IMG/VR virus record: IMGVR_UViG_3300047510_001118
Location: 1-64,000 of that record
Length of the DNA stretch: 64,000 nucleotides
Direction: 5' to 3' (one strand)
This document shows positions 6,465 to 16,621 of this stretch, piece after piece. Below the pieces are notes generated by a model. That model was not told the DNA's origin. It saw only the letters and a program-made list of their open reading frames with translations, and searched no databases. Within the stretch, counting starts at the first letter, position 1. Each line of letters opens with the position of its first letter. The translations under genes and the position numbers were made by a program.

Positions 6465-6490
6465 TTTTGAAGTTTGAGTTTACTTTGTTG

Positions 6491-6637
6491 TTAACTCATG
6501 ATCTCCATGGACCCCGGCTGTAGCTCTGGTGTACGATCATTACCTAGACTAATCTCGCACACTGACCAATAAGAGAGCGCAAAGCCTCCCATTTGGGCTA
6601 TGTGTTTAAATTGTCTTTGTAATGACGTTGTTTTCAT
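6491..6637 (-). CDS. putative attenuator leader peptide, 48 aa, containing all 20 amino acids
   Basis: MKTTSLQRQFKHIAQMGGFALSYWSVCEISLGNDRTPELQPGSMEIMS*; upstream AAGGA; 3' end pairs with the terminator 5' arm. Confidence 0.75.
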   Translation of the reverse strand: MKTTSLQRQFKHIAQMGGFALSYWSVCEISLGNDRTPELQPGSMEIMS

Positions 6638-6688
6638 TTGCTTCTTTTTTTCCTTAAATTGTTAGGCGAATTCCTAACGCATGATCTA

Positions 6689-6717
6689 ATTATAGTGTCG
6701 ATATTTTCTTGCGTCAA
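6689..6717 (-). promoter_or_regulatory. sigma70 promoter TTGACG-17-TATAAT for the leader/tRNA operon
   Basis: Near-consensus hexamers. Confidence 0.8.
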
Positions 6718-6774
6718 CCAGTTTTGGACGGATTGAACATTGTTAAAATAACAACAGAAATTATCAACTGTTTT

Positions 6775-6803
6775 ATTATATGAGTATTTATATATCTTGT
6801 CAA
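6775..6803 (-). promoter_or_regulatory. sigma70 promoter TTGACA-17-TATAAT containing T4-type late promoter TATAAATA
   Basis: TTGACAAGATATATAAATACTCATATAAT. Confidence 0.75.
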
Positions 6804-6897
6804 TAACCATTGTAAAATACGGCTAAAACGTTGTTTTTTAGCAACAGCAATAAGAAAATGCCCAACGATAAATATAAGATAACGAGACGAATTACCT

Positions 6898-8322
6898 ATG
6901 GCCATACGAGTACAACGATCACTTAGACTTGATGCTAAAACCAAAAATGAACTAGATAGACTAACCGGCGCCCGCGGAGAAATCTTCTACGACAATACTG
7001 CTAAAACTCTTAGAGTATTTGACGGGAATACTGCCGGCGGCATGGAGTTGCTCAAAGCAGACTTGAGTAACATAGCAGGCAGCACCGGTGGCGGTGGAGG
7101 CGATGTTGATTTTGGTAATAAAAACGTAGTCGCTACAAGTTTTGAAGGGGATTTAACTGGAGATGTTACTGGTACAGTCAGTGATATTTCTAATCATGAC
7201 CTCGGAGATCTTGGAGATGTAAATGTTACAGGAATACAAAGCGGTCAGGTTCTATATTATACAGGATCTGAATGGCAGGCTACAACACTAGAAAGTACAT
7301 TTAACGGCGGAAACGTCGGTGGTATAACTAACTTTCTAAATGCGTTAGAAAGCTCTTCAACATCAACCGGCGGTGTAGTAGTCAGCGGTGGTTTAGGAAT
7401 TGGTAAGAATACTAGAATCGGCGGTAGCCTATTTGTCACAGATAAATTTACTGTAGCGGCTACTACCGGTAACACTGAAGTATCAGGAACACTAAGAGTA
7501 GGCTCAACAGTCGAAGTTCGCAGTCAAGCAGAATTAAGATTTTTTGATTCTGACAATACACAATACATTTCCCTACGATCTCCAACAAACGTTACAACAA
7601 GTTTGATTTTTACATTGCCGGCCACAGACGGTACGTCCGGCCAGGTTTTAACAACCAACGGCTTGGGGCAGTTAAACTGGGCCACTGTTTCCGGAGGCGG
7701 TGGCGGTGGTGGTGGCGGAACAACACCACCAGGTGGATCAAACTCGCAGGTACAGTTTAACAGCAACGGTGAGTTTGCTGGAGACTCTGACTTCACCTAT
7801 GATCAATTAACAAATACGATCACAGTTGGCACTGTACTTGCTGACATTACTGGCGATCTAACAGGAGATGTCACAGGTAATGTCACAGGAGATGTCACAG
7901 GAGATGTCACAGGTAATGTCACAGGTAATGTCACAGGAGATGTCACATCAACAGGAACTAGTACATTCAGTGATGCTGAGATTTCTGGAGGCAGTATAGA
8001 CAATACTCCAGTGGGTGCGACTACAGCCAATTCGGGAGCGTTTACAACATTAACCAGTAACGGTGCTACAACCTTTACTAACAATACAGATAGTACTAGT
8101 GTAGCAACAGGAGCAGTAAAAGTTTCAGGCGGACTAGGTGTTGCTCTAAACACTAATGTTGGTGGATCAATGACAGTAAATAACACTATTACTTCAAACG
8201 GAAACATTGTTGCTAATTCTAATGTAATAATTAACAACACACCAACGCAGTCTAATCATGCTGCAAATAAGTCATATGTGGACAGTCGTGCGTTAGCCCT
8301 TTCGATAGCATTAGGTGGATAA
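6898..8322 (+). CDS. tail fibre-like virion protein
   Basis: N-terminal GEIFYD..LRVFDG (Mtd-N-like), Gly/Thr-rich, GDVT repeats, C-terminal HAANKSYVD. Confidence 0.75.
   Translation: MAIRVQRSLRLDAKTKNELDRLTGARGEIFYDNTAKTLRVFDGNTAGGMELLKADLSNIAGSTGGGGGDVDFGNKNVVATSFEGDLTGDVTGTVSDISNHDLGDLGDVNVTGIQSGQVLYYTGSEWQATTLESTFNGGNVGGITNFLNALESSSTSTGGVVVSGGLGIGKNTRIGGSLFVTDKFTVAATTGNTEVSGTLRVGSTVEVRSQAELRFFDSDNTQYISLRSPTNVTTSLIFTLPATDGTSGQVLTTNGLGQLNWATVSGGGGGGGGGTTPPGGSNSQVQFNSNGEFAGDSDFTYDQLTNTITVGTVLADITGDLTGDVTGNVTGDVTGDVTGNVTGNVTGDVTSTGTSTFSDAEISGGSIDNTPVGATTANSGAFTTLTSNGATTFTNNTDSTSVATGAVKVSGGLGVALNTNVGGSMTVNNTITSNGNIVANSNVIINNTPTQSNHAANKSYVDSRALALSIALGG
7848..7947 (+). repeat. 12-bp tandem repeat (ACAGGAGATGTC/ACAGGTAATGTC) encoding G[DN]VT
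   Basis: Directly visible in-frame tandem array. Confidence 0.9.
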
Positions 8323-8335
8323 TAAGGAATTTTAA

Positions 8336-11300
8336 ATGTCAAAGAAGCAGATTAAAGATTATAGATTTGTACCAGGAGCGATTGCCGAAGCGGCAAATCA
8401 ATATCCTAATGCTGTAGAATTAATTACAGCAAATAAAGATTATATCATTGAAGAAATTATTGGTTACCTAACATTTGCGTCAAATACACCAAGTGTTGCT
8501 CCTGCGTCCTATCCTAATGCTATAGCCCAACTAACAAATAACAAAGAGTTTATCAAAGAAGAAGCCAGTGCTTGGATCGAAGCACAAATCGATGCTGCCA
8601 CAGAGGGACAGCCGTTTTTTGAATATAACTATGACGAAGTCATAAAAGCAAAGTGTAAGCGAGATGTTGGTTATCTAGTTGATGCTTGGATAACGGATAT
8701 AACTGGTGGTGGTAATGCTGACACTATCCGTATCGGAAGAACATATTTCCGTAATGGTGATCCGCAACTACTAAGCCCTACAGAAGAAACAGCGGTTTAT
8801 ACATTTTTAAAAACTTTAATCAATACTAATGTATTGCCTAGAGTAGCGGCAACTTCTTTACAAAGTCCTGTTGTTGCGGCACAGAGTCTTACAGGTTCGG
8901 CAGCAGAGGCTGCGGCTATTACACGGTTTAATACTTTGATTGATATTATTCGTAACTTGATTCCTAACGGATTAACAAGTTTACCTGCTATCTCTTACAA
9001 CTATAATTCAGCATTTATTGGCTATACCTATGATACTGCCAAGTGCCGTAGAGACAGCGGATATATCTTAGACAGTTATATCTATGATATGACCTATGGT
9101 GGAAATAGTTCTACTTGGTATGTAAGTTCCAGATATTGGATACAAGGAATAGCACAGGTCGACGGCAGTCGCCAGCCAGAAATTCTAGCACATACATTTG
9201 CTAGAAATCTCATTAACAATTACATATTACAAAAAATCTTATATCCATCATATCAACTAGTTGAAACCCAAACAGATGTAGGAGGTCCAGTTGAAGCCAG
9301 TTCTTCGACTAAAGTTACTACATTGTCTAATATTCTATTGAATACGATTCAAAACGGTCTAAGCTCATTGCCACGCAACGATGCGCCCGGAAGTCAAGGT
9401 GGAGGATTAATGCCTAACACTGTGGCATTGATCGATGCTAACAAGAGATTTATTGCCGAAGAAGCGGCCGCATATATCGCATATAATGTTACTAATAATA
9501 TTAGTCCATTTGTATTCTTCACATATAATGCTGCCAAATGTGCTAGAGATGTTAGTTATATCATTGAAGGTTACATCACAGATCTTGCCAATGGTGGAAA
9601 TAGACAAACAGTACACAATGCCAGCAAGTATTGGGAAAATGGTGTAGCCGCAGTCGATGGCAGTCGTGAACCAGAAATTTCAACTCATACATTTATTCGA
9701 GATCTAATAGACAACTACATTTTAAATAATGTTGCCTATCCAGCCAAACAAACAGCAGTTCCGCAGACATTTATCAATTCTATACAATCAGAAGTGTTTG
9801 CTCAGACTAGAATTAAAGAACTGTCAAATACGGTATTAGAAGTTATAGAATATGGATTAGATTATCTTCCTACTACGGTTTCAAATCGAGGGTACATTAA
9901 AATACAGGGATTCTATAAACTCAAAGATTTCTTGTTAGTAACAAACACTAATAGAAACATCATACTTTATAACTTTGCTGATCCTAACTCAGCGGCTGAA
10001 GTCACCTACAGTGAATTCGCAGATTCTGACTTCCCGGCATTTGGAGCCACTGCTGATAAAATTACTACATTAACTTTTGATGTAGATACCACAGGTATGA
10101 TGGTCACTGACAATATTCAAATATTTGTCGAAGAAAAATATACTACAGTTAAACAAAGTCCAATTGGTTCAGATGCCATGGAACGTATGAAAGTTGGTAT
10201 TCCCCAGGCCATGCTTGACGCTGACTTTGAATACGGTCTACAACCCACCAAATGGCAGACAATCAGTTTGATGAGAAGTTATCCATCTGTTTATGAAATT
10301 CCAGGCACCGACGTACAGGTTTCGTTAGTGGTCACAGATGCCAGCGCAGGAACAGCAGGTATTGGTGCTAGCCTCATTACAGTTACCACTGTTGCGGCAC
10401 ACGAATTAGTCGTAGGAGATCCTATCACAATCAAGGCGCTGGCTAACACTGTTACTGGATTTAGCCGAGCAGAGGGTAGTTTCTTGGTTAACAGCGTACC
10501 AGCCGCTAATCAATTTACTTTCTATGCTAAGAGTAAAGTTGGTACTACTAATGGACAAGTATTGGCCACAACATATACACAGTTGCGTAAGGGTGATTTT
10601 TATACCGGCGCATCGGTCGGTCAACCGACATTTAGTGTGGCTTCAAACGGAAGTTCGGGATCCTTTACTACAAACTTAATCACTCTCAGCGGCAGCGACT
10701 TTATTGCGTTTACAGGTACAGCACCGCCAGTAGGAGCCCCCTTAATTGCCGCCGGCATTAATACTGGTACACAAATAACTGCGGTTGTAGGATCCGGTGG
10801 TACTGCGGCTTCAACTACTTTGATTTCAAATGCTGAAGTCGGCGAGTCGACAATTACAGTTAACAATACCACTGGCATATCACCAGGTTTAGCCTTTGAT
10901 CGGGGTGATGGTAGATCTATACGTGTTACTCAAGTTTTAGGTTCAGCAATCAGCCTCAGCGATCCATTAACAGCAAGGATCCTAGGAACTAACGCTTCAT
11001 ACACTGGCCTAACTGGAACATACTCCGGAGTTGACGGAAGTGGAGCAGTATTCACAGTTTCTAGAGCAGGCGCAACATATTCTGCTTCTCCTTCGAATCC
11101 TGGTGAAGGTTATTCCGTTGGTCAAACCTTTACAATTTCAGGAACAAGTTTAGAAGGAACAGCACCGGCTAATAATGCTACATTAACTATCACAGCCGCA
11201 AGTAATAGAAAGACTGTGGCTAGTTTTGATCCATTATCATTATTTGGCGGAGCAAATTATTCACAGACAACTAATATTGCCACTACTGGCGGCGACGGTA

Positions 11301-14300
11301 CAGGATTAACAGTTGATGTTACCCTAGATGGAAACGGAACTATTCTAACTGTAGCAGTTAATAATGCTGGTCAGAATTACAATGTTGGCAATGTGGTCAA
11401 CATTAGACAGGGTCGTGTACAGCAGGCCAATATTGATCAAGCGGGCACAGGATACACTACAGGAACAAAAGCAACTAGTACTGCTGGTTCTGGTTCTGGA
11501 CTAACTTTATCTGTTACTGCTAACAACATCAATGGTGTAGGCGGATTAAACTTAGTCAGTGCTGGTACAGGTTACAGTTCAGGATCTGCTAATACCACAG
11601 GTGGTGGCGGTACTGGCTTGGTCGTTAACGTCCAAGCAGAACCTGTTGGCGGAGCATCTACTATTTCTCTTACAAATCCGGGATCAGGCTACAGTGACGG
11701 GTCATCTAGCACTACTGCTATAACTGGCTCAGGATCTGGATTGAGTGTTAACCTTACTACCAGCGGCGGCGTAATTTCTAATGCTACCATAATGCCTAGC
11801 ATGAAAGGTTCTGGATATGTTGTTGGTAACCAATTAACTGTTAACGGCGGCAACGGTGATGCTGTTATCACAGTCACAGCAGTTACAAACGGACAAGTAG
11901 TTGGTCTAACTGTTGATCAACAGGGTAGCGGTTATACCAACGGTGGAACTATCACTGTCACGGGCGGTAGCGGCACTGCTACAGCAACAATTACCTCAGT
12001 AACCAATGGACAGATTACACAAATTGCTGTGGTAAATCCTGGATTAGGTTACGTTAACGGTGACACTGTTAACATATTAGGTGGTACTGGTGGTACCGCT
12101 ACTATCGCTAATATTGAAGGCGAAGCAGTTATCGCAATAGCATCAGTTAACGCAGGTGGTCTAATACAAACAGTCAGCGCAACTGGAACACCGGTTAGTG
12201 CGCCAACTAGAAATTTCTTAAGTGCTGTTACATTGAGCGAAGTAACATCGGCGCAGATTGCATCTGGCGTAACAGTGACCTATAGTGCTATTGCTACAAT
12301 CCAAGTTGACTTTGCTTCAGAGCACGGATTCGTTCCAGGAAATAGTATTATTACTTCTATTTCTAGTACTGGTTCAAATCATCAATTGGCAGCAGGCCCA
12401 TTCTATATTGAATCAACGCCTTTGCCTACAAGAATTCGATATACGGCTAGAACTTCAGGAACAGTTGACACGAATAGTGTTATAACAGGAACTATATATG
12501 CTAGGCCCGACAGTTATTATGTACATAGACCATTTGATGGTGGTGTACAGTTAGGTACAGGCGGACCACAACACGGTGCTGGTGCTGTTCGTCAAAGTAA
12601 AAAATATATCCGTTATCAATCTGGTAAGGGAGTTATGTATAACACCGGAGCCCTATTTGCTCCCAGTTACGATCTTAGAAGTGCCACAGCCAGCGGCACA
12701 GCAGTTGGATCTCTGATCACGATTACCACAGACGACACCGACCACGGATGCCAAGTCGGTGCTGGTATTAATATCACTGGTATCGCTACCAGTGGTTACA
12801 ATGGACAATATATCGTATCCGACGTCATTGATGAAAGAACTCTAAGAGTTCAAGCAATTAGAACACTAGGAGCAACATCTGCGGTATTAACTAACAGTGC
12901 TCAGATAGCAGTTCGTAGTTGGCACGGTGCTACGGTCCGAGCAGGTGCGTTTGACGACCAAAACGGAATGTTCTGGCAGTATGACGGACAGAGATTGGCA
13001 GTTGTAAAGCGTTCAAGTACTTTCCAAATTGCTGGAGTTATCAGCGTTAACTCGGATTCAAATGCTGTTACAGGAACTAATACACGATTTACGCAACAAT
13101 TAGCCGCAGGGGATAAAATTGTTCTACGCGGTATGAGTCATACTGTAACTCGTGTGATCAGCGATACATCGATGACCGTTGCTCCTGACTATAGAGGTGT
13201 TAATAATGTATCCAATGTAAAAATTTGTAAAACAGTTGATGATTTATATCCTCAAGAATATTGGAATACAGATCCATGTAACGGATCAGGACCCAGCGGG
13301 TACAATATTGACATCACTAAAATGCAGATGATCGGACTACAGTATACATGGTATGGTGCTGGATTTATTGATTTTATGCTACGTGGTGCTGATGGAAATT
13401 ATGTATTTGCTAATCGTATTCGAAATAGCAACGTGAACACAGAAGCGTTTATGCGTACAGGTAACTTACCAGTTAGATACGAAGTTACCAATGAAGGAGC
13501 AAAGAGTGTATTGACTTCGGCAATGACTGCTTCTCAAACAACAATTCCATTAGAAGATACATATTGGTTCCCTAATAACGGTATTGTAATGATTAACAAT
13601 GAGTTGATTGCCTATACTGGTAGAACTTCTACACAGTTAACTGGCTGTACTAGAGCTACACAGATGAGTTTATTTGTAGGCGGTAGCCAAAGAAGTTTCT
13701 CAGCAGGTTCTGCTAGTACGCATTCAGCAGGAGCAGGTGTTATTCTAGTTAGCAATACTGTTACTCCGATTATTAGTCACTGGGGTAGTGCGTTTTTAAC
13801 AGACGGTAGATTTGACGAAGACCGTGGCTACATTTTTAACTATACTGCTACTAACGTCAGTGTGTCGACTACTAGACAAACTGCGTTCTTAATTCGATTA
13901 GCACCTAGCGTATCAAATGCTATTGTTGGTGACTTAGGCGATAGAGAATTATTAAACAAGGCGCAGTTGCTATTACAATCGATTGAAATTACTGCTGATA
14001 CAGGTACAGGAGGTATGGTTATTGAAGGTGTATTAAATCCTCAAAACTATCCTATTAATCCAGCAGACATCACATGGAACGGATTACAAAATGCTGCACA
14101 AGGTGGTCAGCCAAGTTTTGCGCAGATCGCTCCGGGTGGTTCAGTTAATTGGTCCAGCGGGGTTGAAACTACAACAGCCTCTGCCACCACATCTAGCAGT
14201 TTAACAGGATCTGTAACTGCTAGAATGGTTTATAATAACAGTGGTAATTTGACTACTAGTCCAACTCGAAGTATCACAACAAATCAACGTAAAATTTACT

Positions 14301-14971
14301 TTTTAGAATCAGACTATCAAACGTATATCAATACTAACGGTTTATTAGCAGGAGATGAAATTTCTGGTACAGGTCTAGCATCCGGTACCACGATTACTAG
14401 TTTTGATGGGTTTTCAACAAATATTATTGGAACCCTATATAGAGGTGTTAATATTAGTGCTTTTCCAACAAGCAACGTTGGAACTGTTGCTTCGCTAACT
14501 GTAACTCGATCTTATAGGACCAGCTCAACTAGTACTATACATTTCCAACAAGTAAGTTGGGAAAGTAGTGGAGCCAAGGCTGGTACTGAAGTCACTGACG
14601 TGTTGTTTCCGGCTAATACATTTGTAAGCTCGGCAACATTAAGTAATTTCTACGGCACTAGTTATTATAGAGTAAGTTTTAGCCAAACATCAACGTCTAC
14701 AGCAATAACTCCTGGAACAACGACGATTACATTTAAGTTTGGTCAACCGCCATATGCTAAACCAGGAGAAACTGTGTTCTCATTCGTGGCATCGCCCGGC
14801 GGAACATCAAATCTTAATCTTGATGAACTTAAAGAATTAACTAATACTACATTAGGTGGTAGAGGTACATTCCCAAATGGTCCAGACGTGCTAGCCATTA
14901 ACGTTTATAAAGCCGCAGGTACGGCTATCAATGCTAATATTGTGTTACGTTGGGGCGAAGCGCAGGCCTAA
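8336..14971 (+). CDS. large virion structural protein (baseplate/tail fibre-like), 2211 aa
   Basis: Triplicated N-terminal KCxRDxxY repeats, many G-x-GY beta repeats. Confidence 0.75.
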   Translation: MSKKQIKDYRFVPGAIAEAANQYPNAVELITANKDYIIEEIIGYLTFASNTPSVAPASYPNAIAQLTNNKEFIKEEASAWIEAQIDAATEGQPFFEYNYDEVIKAKCKRDVGYLVDAWITDITGGGNADTIRIGRTYFRNGDPQLLSPTEETAVYTFLKTLINTNVLPRVAATSLQSPVVAAQSLTGSAAEAAAITRFNTLIDIIRNLIPNGLTSLPAISYNYNSAFIGYTYDTAKCRRDSGYILDSYIYDMTYGGNSSTWYVSSRYWIQGIAQVDGSRQPEILAHTFARNLINNYILQKILYPSYQLVETQTDVGGPVEASSSTKVTTLSNILLNTIQNGLSSLPRNDAPGSQGGGLMPNTVALIDANKRFIAEEAAAYIAYNVTNNISPFVFFTYNAAKCARDVSYIIEGYITDLANGGNRQTVHNASKYWENGVAAVDGSREPEISTHTFIRDLIDNYILNNVAYPAKQTAVPQTFINSIQSEVFAQTRIKELSNTVLEVIEYGLDYLPTTVSNRGYIKIQGFYKLKDFLLVTNTNRNIILYNFADPNSAAEVTYSEFADSDFPAFGATADKITTLTFDVDTTGMMVTDNIQIFVEEKYTTVKQSPIGSDAMERMKVGIPQAMLDADFEYGLQPTKWQTISLMRSYPSVYEIPGTDVQVSLVVTDASAGTAGIGASLITVTTVAAHELVVGDPITIKALANTVTGFSRAEGSFLVNSVPAANQFTFYAKSKVGTTNGQVLATTYTQLRKGDFYTGASVGQPTFSVASNGSSGSFTTNLITLSGSDFIAFTGTAPPVGAPLIAAGINTGTQITAVVGSGGTAASTTLISNAEVGESTITVNNTTGISPGLAFDRGDGRSIRVTQVLGSAISLSDPLTARILGTNASYTGLTGTYSGVDGSGAVFTVSRAGATYSASPSNPGEGYSVGQTFTISGTSLEGTAPANNATLTITAASNRKTVASFDPLSLFGGANYSQTTNIATTGGDGTGLTVDVTLDGNGTILTVAVNNAGQNYNVGNVVNIRQGRVQQANIDQAGTGYTTGTKATSTAGSGSGLTLSVTANNINGVGGLNLVSAGTGYSSGSANTTGGGGTGLVVNVQAEPVGGASTISLTNPGSGYSDGSSSTTAITGSGSGLSVNLTTSGGVISNATIMPSMKGSGYVVGNQLTVNGGNGDAVITVTAVTNGQVVGLTVDQQGSGYTNGGTITVTGGSGTATATITSVTNGQITQIAVVNPGLGYVNGDTVNILGGTGGTATIANIEGEAVIAIASVNAGGLIQTVSATGTPVSAPTRNFLSAVTLSEVTSAQIASGVTVTYSAIATIQVDFASEHGFVPGNSIITSISSTGSNHQLAAGPFYIESTPLPTRIRYTARTSGTVDTNSVITGTIYARPDSYYVHRPFDGGVQLGTGGPQHGAGAVRQSKKYIRYQSGKGVMYNTGALFAPSYDLRSATASGTAVGSLITITTDDTDHGCQVGAGINITGIATSGYNGQYIVSDVIDERTLRVQAIRTLGATSAVLTNSAQIAVRSWHGATVRAGAFDDQNGMFWQYDGQRLAVVKRSSTFQIAGVISVNSDSNAVTGTNTRFTQQLAAGDKIVLRGMSHTVTRVISDTSMTVAPDYRGVNNVSNVKICKTVDDLYPQEYWNTDPCNGSGPSGYNIDITKMQMIGLQYTWYGAGFIDFMLRGADGNYVFANRIRNSNVNTEAFMRTGNLPVRYEVTNEGAKSVLTSAMTASQTTIPLEDTYWFPNNGIVMINNELIAYTGRTSTQLTGCTRATQMSLFVGGSQRSFSAGSASTHSAGAGVILVSNTVTPIISHWGSAFLTDGRFDEDRGYIFNYTATNVSVSTTRQTAFLIRLAPSVSNAIVGDLGDRELLNKAQLLLQSIEITADTGTGGMVIEGVLNPQNYPINPADITWNGLQNAAQGGQPSFAQIAPGGSVNWSSGVETTTASATTSSSLTGSVTARMVYNNSGNLTTSPTRSITTNQRKIYFLESDYQTYINTNGLLAGDEISGTGLASGTTITSFDGFSTNIIGTLYRGVNISAFPTSNVGTVASLTVTRSYRTSSTSTIHFQQVSWESSGAKAGTEVTDVLFPANTFVSSATLSNFYGTSYYRVSFSQTSTSTAITPGTTTITFKFGQPPYAKPGETVFSFVASPGGTSNLNLDELKELTNTTLGGRGTFPNGPDVLAINVYKAAGTAINANIVLRWGEAQA

Positions 14972-14974
14972 AAG

Positions 14975-14997
14975 AAAAGGCTCCCTAGGGAGCCTTT
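14975..14997. terminator. bidirectional intrinsic terminator
   Basis: aaaaggctcc-cta-gggagccttt between convergent genes. Confidence 0.8.
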
Positions 14998-15016
14998 ATT
15001 GTTTTATCAAAACAAT

Positions 15017-15532
15017 TTAACCATTCAATACTCTTGCCACGGCTGTGATCACTGCGGCAATACGTCCAATGTCACGAAGTTGTTCTACTGTGTAGCCCGC
15101 CTTCTTCAATGTTTCGTAGTGCGCCTTAACGCAGAAGTGACATTTGCCAACAATACTAGCCGAAAGAGCGTATGCTTCAAAACGTTCTTGTGTAGTACCA
15201 CCGTGTGTTGAGATAGCATTCATTCTCAACTGCGGAGGCAGTCCGCTCAAATTAGCGTCCTCGGCCATTTCAACGAATGGATACCAAACGTTGTTCATAG
15301 CCATTAGACTAGCGGCAGTGATTGCGGCTTCTGCTTCCTTTTGATCTGCGATCTGTGTCTGCATCCAAGTCCACAGTTTAGTGTTACCTGTGGCAAAAGC
15401 CGCGGCCAGTGCTACTGCTTCTGCTTCTTCCTGTGGAAGTGTACTTCTTTTAACTACAGCATCAATATTCAAACGAGTATCTTTGGCGTAGTCAGGAATA
15501 GTATCTTTGAGTTGATCTACCCATGCTGTCAT
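15017..15532 (-). CDS. ahpD: alkyl hydroperoxidase AhpD
   Basis: CHFCVKAH motif, MAMNNVWYP. Confidence 0.9.
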   Translation of the reverse strand: MTAWVDQLKDTIPDYAKDTRLNIDAVVKRSTLPQEEAEAVALAAAFATGNTKLWTWMQTQIADQKEAEAAITAASLMAMNNVWYPFVEMAEDANLSGLPPQLRMNAISTHGGTTQERFEAYALSASIVGKCHFCVKAHYETLKKAGYTVEQLRDIGRIAAVITAVARVLNG

Positions 15533-15951
15533 TGTGTGTCTCCTTTTGTATTTTTTGCTATTGATTTATAACCATTATAGGTTGGGTGTACGCCATCGGA
15601 ACTTAGAGAATGCTGTCTAGCATCAATGATAAAGTCATTGTATTTTTTAGCAACATTTTGAACTGCGATTCTTTTAGAATCTTTTATTGCCGGTACTATC
15701 CAATAGACTCTATCTGCTTTTACTAAATTTCTCAACGTGTCTAATTCTTCAAACGTATTAACGTTTTTTAGATCGTTTGATCCTAGACTTATAATGATAG
15801 TCTTGGCAGTGTTATTTCCTTTAGTGTGTAATACATGACGATTTACATAGTCATAACTGTTAATACCGCTTTTGGCATAGGTTACACATTCTTTACGAAT
15901 CTGTCCTACACCAACAGCAAGACTATCGCCTAGAATTAAACATTCTAGCAT
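15529..15951 (-). CDS. SGNH hydrolase
   Basis: GDSL, GSND, DGVHP blocks. Confidence 0.85.
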   Translation of the reverse strand: MLECLILGDSLAVGVGQIRKECVTYAKSGINSYDYVNRHVLHTKGNNTAKTIIISLGSNDLKNVNTFEELDTLRNLVKADRVYWIVPAIKDSKRIAVQNVAKKYNDFIIDARQHSLSSDGVHPTYNGYKSIAKNTKGDTQ

Positions 15952-16484
15952 TAGAGAGTCTCCCCTCCGATAGTACGATTACAAGCGCACTTCTCACCAG
16001 TTTGAAGTGCGTCTAGGATACGAAGTGTTTCGTCACTGCTACGACCAACGTTCAAGTTGTTGACAGTAACGTGTTGGATAACGTTGTCTGGATCAACGAT
16101 GAATGTGGCGCGAAGTGCGGCACCTGCTGGAGCATAGAAAACTCCTAATTGATCGATAAGACTTAACTCACCACGCTGTGTGTCAGCGAACTGAATATGT
16201 TTGATCTTCTTGAGATCTTCGTGTGAAGCCTGCCATGCTAGTTTACAGAACTCGTTGTCTGTAGATCCTGTGAGCAATACAGCATCACGATCAGCAAAGT
16301 CTTGAAATAGTTTATCGTAAGCAACGATTTCAGTTGGACATACAAATGTAAAGTCCTTTGGGTAGTAAGCAATTACTTTCCATTTACCCGCAAATGATTC
16401 TTCTGTGATTGTAAAGAAATCATCTTTACCTGGGTTGACGCCTGTGACGGCAAATTTTTCTAACTTATTACCTACTGTTTTCAT
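15951..16484 (-). CDS. ahpC: 2-Cys peroxiredoxin AhpC
   Basis: YPKDFTFVCPTE motif. Confidence 0.95.
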   Translation of the reverse strand: MKTVGNKLEKFAVTGVNPGKDDFFTITEESFAGKWKVIAYYPKDFTFVCPTEIVAYDKLFQDFADRDAVLLTGSTDNEFCKLAWQASHEDLKKIKHIQFADTQRGELSLIDQLGVFYAPAGAALRATFIVDPDNVIQHVTVNNLNVGRSSDETLRILDALQTGEKCACNRTIGGETL

Positions 16485-16539
16485 TTAATTCTCCTTGTGT
16501 GTGTTTGAAAACCTAATTAGTGTTTCTACTAATGTCTAT

Positions 16540-16617
16540 ATTATATATCCTATTAAGATACGAAATCAATAGATTTTTCCTAAATATTTTTTAATGACGC
16601 TTATAGGAAAAATCAAT
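16540..16617 (-). promoter_or_regulatory. ahpC promoter with OxyR/LysR-like operator
   Basis: TTGATT-18-TATAAT; adjacent ATTG-N7-CTAT and TTAG-N7-CTAT sites. Confidence 0.55.
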
Positions 16618-16621
16618 AATG

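Noticed and set aside
7848-7947. Tandem repeat as a possible CRISPR array
   Set aside because: In-frame 12-bp coding repeat with no spacers; no CRISPR array seen in the window.
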